Source of the DNA: Myxococcota bacterium
GTDB lineage: Bacteria; Myxococcota_A; SURF-8; G963663525
Direction: 5' to 3'
DNA length: 64,000 nt
Assembly: GCA_963676915.2 (NCBI GenBank)
Contig: CAXXVK010000067.1
Coordinates: 183,912 to 247,911 of the forward strand
Shown here in pieces: positions 20,141-29,937 of the stretch; the first letter of the stretch is position 1, and the number at the start of each line of letters is the position of its first letter. The position numbers and the translations under genes were made by a program. A model generated the notes under the pieces. That model did not search any database. It was not told the origin of the DNA and was given only the letters and a program-made list of their open reading frames with translations.

Positions 20141-20898
20141 TGGCGAAAAGCGAGAAAATCCGCCTCGACGTGCTTGTGGCCGAACGTGGCCTGGCTCCCA
20201 GTCGACAGAGGGCGCAAGCGTTGATTCTCGCAGGTCAGGTTGTGGTTGGGGAGCACGTTCATACCAAGGCGGGTGAACGCTTCGCTTTGGACGTGCCGAT
20301 TCGTCTAAAAGGCAATCCCAACCCCTATGTATCCCGTGGCGGATTGAAACTGAAAAGCGGTTTGGATCATTTCGGGGTGATTCCCGAAGATTTCGTGTGT
20401 CTGGATATCGGAGCCTCGACCGGTGGGTTTACCGACTGCTTGTTGAAGCACGGAGCGCGTAAAGTGTATGCGCTCGATGTCGGCACGAACCAACTCGATT
20501 ATAAGCTTCGTAGTGATGACCGGGTCATTTGCTGGGAACAAACGCACGTCAAAGAACTAGGTTCCAAATCGATTGACGAACCTGTCGATCTGATCACCAT
20601 AGATGTCAGCTTTATTGCAATGCGGCAGGTTTTGCCTCATCTTTTTCCTTTTTTGCACGATGGCGCCGGGCTGCTGGGGATGGTCAAGCCTCAATTCGAG
20701 GTAGGCCGGGAAAAAGTGGGGAAGGGCGGTGTCGTGCGCGATCCCAAAATCCAAGCCGAGGCGGTCGAGGCCGTTCGGGAGATGTTGCTTGGTGAAGGTT
20801 TTGCCTCGGAAGCGCCGTTTCCAAGTGCGGTCAAAGGTCCGAAAGGGAACCAGGAGTGGTTCGTTTTCGTCCCTCGAAAGATAAAAGAGTCAGTTTGA
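20140..20898 (+). CDS. tlyA: TlyA-family rRNA 2'-O-methyltransferase
   Basis: S4 domain RLDVL..SRQRA; YVSRGGLKL, DIGASTGGFTD, DVSFI, VKPQFE, GPKGNQE. Confidence 0.95.
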   Translation: MAKSEKIRLDVLVAERGLAPSRQRAQALILAGQVVVGEHVHTKAGERFALDVPIRLKGNPNPYVSRGGLKLKSGLDHFGVIPEDFVCLDIGASTGGFTDCLLKHGARKVYALDVGTNQLDYKLRSDDRVICWEQTHVKELGSKSIDEPVDLITIDVSFIAMRQVLPHLFPFLHDGAGLLGMVKPQFEVGREKVGKGGVVRDPKIQAEAVEAVREMLLGEGFASEAPFPSAVKGPKGNQEWFVFVPRKIKESV

Positions 20899-21918
20899 TT
20901 TTCCTGCCTGTACCGCTTTGAATACTCGTACCGCGTTGAGTCCCAGAATTTTTCGAATCGTTTCCGGTTTGTGTCCTCGTTTCAACAGACCTGTGGTTAG
21001 TTGGGGCAGTCCCCGACAGTCGCGCAAGCCTTTGGGCAGAATCAGTCCCGAACCTTCCCAGTCGCTACCGATGGAAACGTAATCTTCTCCAATCGTTCGG
21101 ATGATGTACTCGATATGATCAAGCACCGGTTCGATATCGATGAAAAACCGTCCGGCAAGGAATTTCGGGACGAAGATAATGCCCACCGTTCCGTTCGAAT
21201 CGGCTACGGCTCGAAGCTGTTCGTTGTCGATATTGCGCCACAGATCGTATACGCCACAGACGCCGGTGTGCGAGACGAGCACCGGTGTTTTGGATCGGCG
21301 AGCGGCCTGCATGAAGGTCTTTTTGTTGACGTGAGCCAGATCGACGATGAACCCCAGATTGTTCAGGCGATCCACGAGTTCTTCTCCCCGTGGCGTCAGT
21401 CCGCGTCCGGGGTCGGTTCGCAATCCTTTCACGCAGGTTGCATATCGGTTGGAGGAAAAATGGGTCAACGTGACATACCGCACGCCCAAAGTATAGAATT
21501 CGGGCAGTTTGTCCAGGTGACCTCCCAGGCAATGCGCCCCTTCCAACCCCATGAAACCGGCTTTTCGACCCTTTAAATATTCCAGATCAAGTTCTTCTCC
21601 ATCTTCGACGGCAAGAAATTTCCCTACGCTGTCATGAACGGCTTTTTGGAACAAAGACACCTGGTATAAGGCCGATTGCAGGCGCTTTTCTTCACTCGCC
21701 ATAGGAGAACAGACGACGCCCAGCCCGGCGATGTCCAACCCGCCATCGGTCATGCGCGGAAGATCGATATGGGAAAGCATCGTGCCGAAAGGGAGATGCC
21801 GGTGTCGGCGTAGAAAATCGTAACCAACAAGAGAACTCCACATGAAGGCATCGATATGCCAGTCCACTGTCAGGCTGGAAAAGTGAAGATCCAAGGCTTC
21901 TTTACTGATCTCGCTCAT
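20890..21918 (-). CDS. Membrane dipeptidase family (M19, renal dipeptidase-like)
   Basis: DWHID, GLEG, TLTH, VDLAH, SHT, RNIDNEQ, IGSDWEG, KILGLN motifs. Confidence 0.9.
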   Translation of the reverse strand: MSEISKEALDLHFSSLTVDWHIDAFMWSSLVGYDFLRRHRHLPFGTMLSHIDLPRMTDGGLDIAGLGVVCSPMASEEKRLQSALYQVSLFQKAVHDSVGKFLAVEDGEELDLEYLKGRKAGFMGLEGAHCLGGHLDKLPEFYTLGVRYVTLTHFSSNRYATCVKGLRTDPGRGLTPRGEELVDRLNNLGFIVDLAHVNKKTFMQAARRSKTPVLVSHTGVCGVYDLWRNIDNEQLRAVADSNGTVGIIFVPKFLAGRFFIDIEPVLDHIEYIIRTIGEDYVSIGSDWEGSGLILPKGLRDCRGLPQLTTGLLKRGHKPETIRKILGLNAVRVFKAVQAGKSN

Positions 21919-22054
21919 GGTGCAAACCGAACTGTTGGAAGTTGAAAAGCTCAATAATACAAGGATGTAGCGTCATTGTATCGGTTTTGGTGGATCGTCC
22001 AATCTTTTTTCGTTCTTCAAATCTCGCTTGAAAACGCTGAAATAAAACCACTAT

Positions 22055-22150
22055 GGACATTTGTCCCGCATGGACAAATGTCCCATGGGGTAAACCCTCG
22101 AAACGTGGTAGAGTTTGCTGTTTCTCTATTGAGTATCGGGACAATTGTCC
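22055..22150. promoter_or_regulatory. Three GGACA-WW-TGTCC palindromic boxes, candidate upstream activator sequences for a sigma-54 enhancer-binding protein
   Basis: GGACATTTGTCC 22055-66, GGACAAATGTCC 22072-83, GGACAATTGTCC 22139-50; 85-180 bp upstream of a -24/-12 site. Confidence 0.7.
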
Positions 22151-22233
22151 ATAGTGGTTTGGAGAGAGTTGTTGTGTTGGTAGAATGATGAATAATCTAG
22201 TAAAAACATGTAGATATGTTGGATGATAAAAAT

Positions 22234-22249
22234 TGGCACGGTGATAGCA
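22234..22249 (+). promoter_or_regulatory. Sigma-54 (-24/-12) promoter
   Basis: TGGCACGGTGATAGCA: GG-N10-GC with TGGCACG core. Confidence 0.75.
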
Positions 22250-22309
22250 ATAGTGAATGGGTGTCTGATGGAGGTTCAAAGAGGTTTTAAACGATAGGAA
22301 CGGAACGAA

Positions 22310-22609
22310 ATGAAGAAAGAGAAACACCAAGACCTGATTTTCGATCCAATCGAAGGAATGTTGCAGGAAATAACCTCCGACTTCGACGCTTACAACGGAT
22401 TCGTCGATTGGCCAACGACGATGGATGACCCGTCGGCCCCTATGTCCCTTACCTTCATCCTTGAGGATCTCGTTCGGCAGTACGAGCTTCTCTACCCTTC
22501 CATCGCACAACTGTCAGGTAGATCGGACGGACTCCGCACCTCCGGACGGTCGCTCTCTTTTCTCCCTTCTGCTTTCGTTTTTCACAAGGAAACGGAGGAT
22601 ATCCATTAG
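22310..22609 (+). CDS. Small hypothetical protein (may be incidental within an sRNA)
   Basis: 99-aa ORF with purine-rich upstream sequence (AGGAACGGAACG); no recognisable motif. Confidence 0.4.
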   Translation: MKKEKHQDLIFDPIEGMLQEITSDFDAYNGFVDWPTTMDDPSAPMSLTFILEDLVRQYELLYPSIAQLSGRSDGLRTSGRSLSFLPSAFVFHKETEDIH

Positions 22610-22644
22610 CCGGGAAGCATAAGGTAGAGAAGGGAAACCACCTT

Positions 22645-22670
22645 GGGGAAGCTACATGGCTTCCCCTTTT
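22645..22670 (+). terminator. Rho-independent terminator
   Basis: ggggaagc-tacatg-gcttcccc-tttt. Confidence 0.75.
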
Positions 22671-22700
22671 CAATTGGGGAAAAATGACGTGTAGTTATAA

Positions 22701-24063
22701 CTACTTGACGTTGTAGCTTTTCAGCTTTCGATGCAGTGTTTGCAGACCGATTTCCAATACGCGGGCGGCTTTGCTTTTGTTGCGCCCGACGGCATCGTAC
22801 ACCTTTAAAATGTGTTTTCGTTCGATTTCGGCGAGCGGCTCCAGGTTGCTATCCAGTTGTATGGTTCGTTTTTCCGATTTCTCTTTGAGAAGGTTGGGAA
22901 GTCGCAGGTGGTCGAGTTCGATCAATCCTTCCTGGGCGAGGTTCGAAGCGGCTTCCAGCACGCCGCGCAACTCTCGGACATTTCCCGGCCAATCGTGGTC
23001 GAGCAGGGCTTCTTCGGCGGCTTTGGAAAGACCGTTGACCGCCCGGTCGGATAAGCGAATGAAGTTGTCTGCCAGGAGCAGTATATCGTCCCCGCGCTGC
23101 TTCAAAGGAGGCAACACAAGGTGTGCGAATTGTAGGCGGTAGAAGAGATCCTTACGGAATTTTCCTTGTTCCACCTGTTTGACAAGATCTTGATTGGTTG
23201 CCGCGATAAAACGGATATCCGCCCGTTCGGGTGTGGTTTTTCCTACCGGTACGTATTCGCCTTCCTGAAGAATTCGCAGCAATTTTCCCTGGGTTTCCAG
23301 TGACAAATCCCCGATTTCGTCGAGGAACAGCGTTCCGCCTCCGGCACGTCCCATATAACCCGCTCGTTCACGTTCCGCCCCCGTGAAAGCTCCTTTGGCG
23401 TGGCCGAAGAATTCGGACTCGAATAGGCTGGGAGAAATGGCGATCATATTGACGGCCACGAACGGGCCTTCCCGCCGATGGCTTGCCAAATGTATCGCAC
23501 GGGCGAGGAGTTCTTTTCCGACTCCCGTATCTCCGGTAATCAGGATGGGAATTTCGCTGGTGGCGTGTAGTTCGGCTTCGTGAAGAATGCGGAGCATTCT
23601 AGCGTTTCCTGTGATGACTTCCTTGAAAGCGTTGGGGTCGTCCAGCGAATCTTTGGTGGCGGCTTCAGAGCGCAGTTGCAACGAAGTCAGCAGCCATTTA
23701 CGTTCCAGGGCGTGCTTGAGTGAAAGCACGAGCTGGTCCGGGGTGATCGGCTTGACGAGGTAATCGTATGCCCCCAGTTTCATGGCAGTAATGGCGGTAG
23801 TCACGTTTTCGTTGGCGGTGACCATCACACATTCTGTTGCAGGGCTTTTTTCCTTAATGATTTTAAGTAAATCGATCCCGTTGAGTCCCGGCATGGTGAC
23901 GTCCAGAAAGGCCATATCGAAATCACTGTCTTCAAGCAATTCCGGCACTTTCGTTGGGTCGGCGACGGATGTTACGTCGTTGTACCCTTCCAGACGCAAC
24001 ATCCGTAACAACGCTGTCGAGAAACGCCTGCTCGTCATCTACGATCAGAATGGAGGTGTTCAC
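22701..24063 (-). CDS. Sigma-54-dependent response regulator (NtrC family: REC-AAA+-HTH); frameshift near 24015
   Basis: GTG-NTSILIVDDE start in another frame; FLDVTMPG phospho-Asp, GDTGVGKE, GAFTGA, LFLDEIG, WPGNVREL, C-terminal HTH. Confidence 0.9.
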
Positions 24064-27000
24064 GGCTCGGACTCCTTGTATTCGGGCAGGACTACCGTAA
24101 AGCGGCATCCCTTGCCTTTTTCACTGTTAACTATGATTTTGCCTTCATGTTCTTCGATGATTCGCTGGCTGATGGCAAGGCCGAGACCGGTTCCCGAGTC
24201 CCGGCTTTTGGTCGTAAAGAATGGATCGAAAATGTTGGCGATGATCTCTTCGGAAATGCCGATGCCGTTGTCTTCTACGGAGACTTCTATCCATCCTGGT
24301 TTGGAGGTGTGTTTTTGGGCTTTGAGGCGAACTTACGAATCCTCCCCGCTGGCGGCTTGTCCTGCGTTGATGACCAGGTTGATCAGGACTTGCTCTATTT
24401 TTCCGGCGTTCATCGCAACCGCTGGGAGGTTGTCTTCCACTTCCACTTCGAATCGTTTTACCTCTTTTTGGACTTGTTTTCCTACAAGGGTGACAACGTG
24501 ATCCACCACTTCCCGAATGCTTCGAGGGAGGCGTTCCTCGGCGTCGTGGCTACGGATGTAATTTTTAAGATCCGAAACGATACCGGTGATACGCTTCGAG
24601 CCGTGCTCCATGTTGTCCAGCAACTTGAATACGTCGTCGAGGAAGGTTTCGTAAGGCATGTTGAGGATTTTCAGACCGGGAACGCGCTCGGTTTCACGGT
24701 CGAGAATCGGCCGGATAGCTTCGATGTACCGTTTGAGAATCGGCAAGTTGATGTAAATGAAATTGTTGGGGTTATTGATCTCGTGGGCGACACCCGCAAC
24801 GATCTGCCCCAGCGCGGCCAGTTTTTGAGCACGGAAAATCTGTTTTTCGGCCCGTTTGGTTTCGGTGAGATCCAGAAACGAAGCGACTCGCTGCCTCGTT
24901 CCCGGAACGGTGCCCAGTGTCATGATCCCGTGGTGCTGTTTGCCGTCCCGGCTAAGGAGCCGTGTTTCGTAGTTTTTCGGGGGTAGTGGCGAGGCCGATT
25001 CGTGAATTTCCTGCATTTTCGGCATGGTTTCGAATTCGAAAAAAGGCGAACCATGGGAGGCGGTTTTCGATTTCGTCCCATTCATAACCTGACATCTTGG
25101 CGAACTCGGTGTTGGCCAACGTGATCTGGTCGTCTTCGCCGATCATGATCGTTGCCGTACCGGTGGTTTCGAAGATCGTACGGTAGGTGTTCTCCGATTC
25201 CTTGAGAGCATTTTCCGCCGTGCGGCGCTCGGTGATGTCGAAGCCTGTGAAAATCCAGGCTTTTTCTCCTTCCAGTTCATACGATGCGGTCGTTGTTTCG
25301 ATCCATCGTTCGTTCTGGGTGGCGGTGATCAGTTTGAGTTCCAGATGGTCGGGGAAAGGCTCTTGTCGGGTATGAGCTACACGAGCCCGTTCGAAGAGCC
25401 GACCGGATGCTTTATCGAATAAATCCAGCGGATTCAGGTGAGAAAGTTCTTCCCAGGGATAACCGGAAATTTGCAATGCCGCTCGGTTGGCGTAAATAAA
25501 GCGTTCTCCCTGAAGAATGAAAATCGCAGCCGTCGTCGATTCGGCCAATACGCGGAATTTGTGCTCGCTGACCGTCAGTTGTTGCAGCGTTCGTTTTTCC
25601 TCGGTCGCTTCGGTGCCTACACCCTCCATGTAGCCTTCCGTTGCATACAGCCGGATGCCGAAACGCATCCAGAAGGGCGTGCCGTCTTTTTTGATGAACT
25701 GGCACTCGAACTTGTCGATGGCTCCTTCGTTGGCAAGAAGTTCTTGGTTCAAACGCTTCGCATCGCTGCGATCCATGAGGGATTTGCGGATGTTGAAGTG
25801 TTCCAGCATTTCTTGACGGCTACTATAGCCGAAAAGATCCACCATCGTCGGATTCGCTTCCAGAATGCGGGCGTCTTCGGTGCGTATTCGGAACAGCGCG
25901 ACCTGGGCGTTTTCGAAGATGTTGCGGTATTTTTCCTCGGAATCTTTAAGTGCCAGCGTCGTTTCTTTTTCCTGCGTGATGTCCAGTCCCACACCGTCCA
26001 TATAGCCTTTTTCCGGGAAGACTTTGGCAGAGAAACGCACCCAGAAGGTCGAACCGTCCTTTTTACGGAATCTTGTTTCGAAATTGCTGGCGACGCCTTT
26101 GTTGGCCATAAACTCGCGATACAGGCGTTCGCGCTCGGAAGGATAGACCCAGTTGGGTTCGATGTAATATTTATGGATGAACTCGTCGATGTCGTCGAAA
26201 CCGAAAATTTCGGCCATGACCTGATTGGATTCAAGCACTTTTCCATCGCCGATACGCACCCGGAACATGCCGACCTGGGCGTTTTGGAAAATCGTGCGGT
26301 AGCGTTCTTCGCTTTCACTTAGTTGAAATTCCCGTTTCAGTAACCTGCTGGATAAAAGCGCTAGAAAAAGCGCCAACATAAGTCCCAAACCGAGTAGGAA
26401 ATACTCCTCACGGGTCGTGACCTGACGCATCAGGCTGGTAGAAGGGGAGAGTGTCAAGCTCCAGGTTCTCGGACCTACACCGAGGTTGCTTGTGGCGCGT
26501 ACATCGGCATCGAGGATCGCTTGCGGATCACTGGTACTGTACACTTGGCTGCTATGATCCAGAATCAGCAGATCGAAATTTTTTCGTACGCCCTTTCCAA
26601 GACAATCTTCGATCAGGGGGGCGAGTCGGAACACCACGTTTAGGTAACCTTCGACTTTATCTCCACGTAGCAAAGGATAAAACGCCACTACGCCTTCGCC
26701 GCCTTGGAATAGTTCGATCGGCGGTGTAATATCGAGAGATTGCGTACGGACCACTTCTCTGAACGTTTCCGCCGACTGCGGATGTTCGAACAGGTTTTTT
26801 CCTTTTGCGCTACGATTGGGGATTTCCGGCACAACCCAGCGGATTACTCCGTCCGGATCTATCCAGTTGATGGCCAATACACCACCGAAACTCTGTTGCA
26901 GATATGTGGCGTGTTGCGTGAAGGCTTCCTCGTCGTTGATCAGTTCTTTTTGCCAGTACCAGCGCATGGTGCTGATGATGTTCAGCCGAATATTGACGTA

Positions 27001-27165
27001 CTCTTCCAATCGAATCGCAACCTGTTCGGCGGTCAATTGGGTTTTGATTCCAAGAGTTTCCATTCGCTGGTTGCCTGCGGCCATCCAGAAAACGAGAATG
27101 GCGGCAGAAATCAGGATAAACAAACCGGTCGGAATCAGGATGTTTTTTCGGATGAGAAAACGCAT
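24060..27165 (-). CDS. CHASE-like + 4 PAS sensor histidine kinase; frameshift at ~25045 and in-frame TAA at 24333-24335
   Basis: TM-periplasmic (PPIELFQGGEG)-TM, four PAS repeats, H-box VAHEINNP, N-box NLVINA. Same frame after the TAA gives EDNGIGI, FDPFFTTK, GTGLGLAI; stop overlaps regulator start (GTGA). Confidence 0.85.
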
Positions 27166-27322
27166 GGTGAACATCCGGTGAACAACAAACGAAATCCATA
27201 GCCAGGGGAAGGACTTCGAGGGCAAAAAAATGGGCAAAAAAACGCTTTGTGGGCGGTATGCTACTCCCGGATGCCGAAGAATGCCATTTTTCTTGACGCG
27301 AAATTTTGCAAAAAAATCCGGT

Positions 27323-28633
27323 TTAGAACTTCACGGAATATCCCAGCATGAAATGATGGTGTTTGTACCGTTGTTGCGCAGCTTTTTCGTTGCGGTAGAT
27401 GTAATCGAACATCAGTTTGTGACGCCAGTTGATGCTCCAGGCCGCTCCTGCGAGGATGAAATAATAGTAATCGAGTTCTCCACGGCGGGGTTCGAGGTAT
27501 TCCGTTTTGTCGCCTGCACCGCCACCAACGAAAAACGAGAGGAAATCCGTAGGGAAAATACCCAGTTTGAGCATTCCCGAGTGGGAGATGTCGCCTGCAT
27601 CGTCGATGGACATGTAGTAGCGTGGATAAATCATGAACATACTGAAATAGTAGATCAAGCCCGGTGTAATGACGTGAATACCTTCGTTTTCGAACTGAAT
27701 GCGCCAGTATTTAAGATACAGCTCCAAACCGAAATCGAAGATATAACCCGGCTCAATCTGTGCCGACCAGTTGGGGGAGAAATCGGGATCGATGGTGAAA
27801 CCCAGCGCTCCGTACAGTGTCCAGCCTGACTTCCAGCGGTACGAACCGAATAATTCGTTGTAGACATCATCGACGATTTTTCCGTAATCTCGCTGACGAT
27901 ATTCGGAACTTACCCCCACATGCAACGTATTCCAAACGCGAGCATCAAGTTTGGCAAGCGCATTCCAACCGTCGTTTCTCTTCTCGATAAAGACGTAGCC
28001 AGGTTGTAAAAGTAACTCGAAGCGGGCTTCGGATCTTTCGATGTCGTCGTCAAGGTCGCAGTTGCTTTTTCCCTGGAGTTTACACAACAGGATGAAATCC
28101 TGCCGAGCCAGTTCGTTGTTGCCGAGGTTTTTGTGAGCCATTCCCCGGTTTCTGAGGGCCAACTGGTCATCGGGAACGCGGAGCAGGTACAGGTCGTATC
28201 GTTCGACCGCATTTTTCCAGTCGCTACGCCAAAAGGCTATGTTGGCGACGAGTTTCGCCGTGTCCGGGTCGGAATAAGCACTGATTTCAAGACCTTGCGC
28301 TTCGGTCCAAGCGGCGTCCAGATCGCCTTTCCATGCCAGCACACGGACTCGTTGCGTTCGCATGTCGGAGTCATCGGGATATTTGGCTAAGACTTTGTCG
28401 ATCCATTGCAGGGATTCGTCGTATTTTTTCTCGAAAGCCAGTGTGCGAGCCATCATTGCCCACAATTCGGCGTTTTCCGGGTCTTCGTTAAGGCACTCCC
28501 GAAGAAGGAATTCCGCCGTGAACCAGTCTTGTTGCTCGTAGGCGTGTTCACCGTCCGGGCAACTGGCAGCAAAGACCGTGGATGCCGATAAGATCGACAG
28601 GCAACTTATTAGCAAGGCGAGTAAGCGTTTCAT
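27323..28633 (-). CDS. TPR + YaiO-like outer-membrane beta-barrel (polysaccharide export candidate)
   Basis: Signal peptide, N-terminal TPR helices (RVRVLAWKG), amphipathic aromatic beta strands, C-terminal GYSVKF. Confidence 0.75.
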   Translation of the reverse strand: MKRLLALLISCLSILSASTVFAASCPDGEHAYEQQDWFTAEFLLRECLNEDPENAELWAMMARTLAFEKKYDESLQWIDKVLAKYPDDSDMRTQRVRVLAWKGDLDAAWTEAQGLEISAYSDPDTAKLVANIAFWRSDWKNAVERYDLYLLRVPDDQLALRNRGMAHKNLGNNELARQDFILLCKLQGKSNCDLDDDIERSEARFELLLQPGYVFIEKRNDGWNALAKLDARVWNTLHVGVSSEYRQRDYGKIVDDVYNELFGSYRWKSGWTLYGALGFTIDPDFSPNWSAQIEPGYIFDFGLELYLKYWRIQFENEGIHVITPGLIYYFSMFMIYPRYYMSIDDAGDISHSGMLKLGIFPTDFLSFFVGGGAGDKTEYLEPRRGELDYYYFILAGAAWSINWRHKLMFDYIYRNEKAAQQRYKHHHFMLGYSVKF

Positions 28634-29937
28634 TGGACCTCTGCTCGCAATTCGTGATATCCGCCGAACAGCGGGGCTGGTTCGCCGGTTCTCATTTCGC
28701 GTTCTAAAAATAGAAACCATAATGTTGGCGCGGCTGCCGGATGTGTTGGAAAATCCTTCAATTCCCGATTCGCATAGGGGATTCCCGGTCCGCCCAGACA
28801 GGAGAGTTCCATCGACATGTCCAACACGCGGTTGGCTATATCAGGCTTTTCCAGACGCCAGGCCGCAAGGGCCACACCCAACGAACCCTCGACGAAAATC
28901 AGTGACTCCCACTCCTTGGTCAAGGGGCCGTCGATGGGATCGAGATAGGGGCGATATCCGAACAAGCCACCGTCCTGCGTGGCAAATGCTTCGATCGTGT
29001 AATCCAGACTTTGTTTGGCCAGCTTGGGTTTTCCAATAGAATACAGCCACAACGCTCCCCAGCCGCCGGAAGCGTCGAGCGCTCGACCTTCGTCAATGTT
29101 TCGATGGGTGGCGGCCACGGCAAACCGCGATTTCTGTGGGAGCCAGAGAATGGAATTGATGTCACGTGCCAGGGTTTGGGCTCGTTCCGGTTCTGTCAGC
29201 GAAAACGCCATGTGACTATCGAACTGATGTTCCGAAATGGCGGGTAGAAATTCAATATTCGGGAAGAATACCAGATAGTTGGAGCTCCAACGTCCCCGGC
29301 CGCCACGAAGCAATCCTCGGTTGATGGCACCATCGTAGGTTTCGATTTGCGTGGAAAGATACATTGCAGACAATTCCGCCGACAGGTCAGCGGCATGATC
29401 GTTGTATTTTCGAGCGTAATAGGCCATGGCAAAAGAAGCCCAGGCAACAGCGCCGTTGCGAACGTATTCGGCGTTGTAGTAATTATCGTTCTGAGCATCG
29501 AAGCCGAAGCCCCAGCTGCCATCCGCGTTTTGCAGCAATACCAAGGTGTTGGCCAATCCTCTCGCCGTTTCTTCGTCTCCCTTCCAGGCAAACCAAAGCA
29601 AAGCCAAGGCGTCATCGTAAATGAAACTGCGGTTTTTCAGCCAAGGGTCGGGATGGTCGGGATAAGATAGAATCGCAAGATAGCGAGTGTCAGGTTGTCG
29701 ATTGAGCGTACGGGTTTCTTTCGGAGTTGTTGCGTCGTATGTCGTTTCATTGGTGTATTCAACGATTTGCAGCCACCGTTCCGCCTCCAATCGGGTCGAT
29801 TGCAGGCGTTCCGCCCGAGACCCCTTCGAGATGGTGCACTCGGGATGGTCGTGAAGCGATAACCGCTTGGACGCGCAGCCGCTCCCCAAAGATATCAGCA
29901 GAAGAAGGAACCAGATGAGACCGTGTGTGACCTTCAT
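28630..29937 (-). CDS. Lipoprotein with (alpha/alpha)-barrel, putative glycoside hydrolase/lyase
   Basis: Lipobox LGSG-C; helical repeats YDDALALLWF, LQNADGSW, NGAVAW, FVEGSLGVALA, AAAPTLWF. Confidence 0.55.
   Translation of the reverse strand: MKVTHGLIWFLLLLISLGSGCASKRLSLHDHPECTISKGSRAERLQSTRLEAERWLQIVEYTNETTYDATTPKETRTLNRQPDTRYLAILSYPDHPDPWLKNRSFIYDDALALLWFAWKGDEETARGLANTLVLLQNADGSWGFGFDAQNDNYYNAEYVRNGAVAWASFAMAYYARKYNDHAADLSAELSAMYLSTQIETYDGAINRGLLRGGRGRWSSNYLVFFPNIEFLPAISEHQFDSHMAFSLTEPERAQTLARDINSILWLPQKSRFAVAATHRNIDEGRALDASGGWGALWLYSIGKPKLAKQSLDYTIEAFATQDGGLFGYRPYLDPIDGPLTKEWESLIFVEGSLGVALAAWRLEKPDIANRVLDMSMELSCLGGPGIPYANRELKDFPTHPAAAPTLWFLFLEREMRTGEPAPLFGGYHELRAEVQ

Larger units (their letters stand above)
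22260..22670 (+). ncRNA. Candidate GGA-rich small RNA (Csr/Rsm-like) or short mRNA
   Basis: Bounded by sigma-54 promoter and terminator; I count 17 GGA (9 ANGGA) in ~410 nt. Confidence 0.35.

Noticed and set aside
20140-20898. tlyA as a hemolysin or virulence gene
   Set aside because: Housekeeping context and S4+FtsJ motifs support the rRNA methyltransferase role only.
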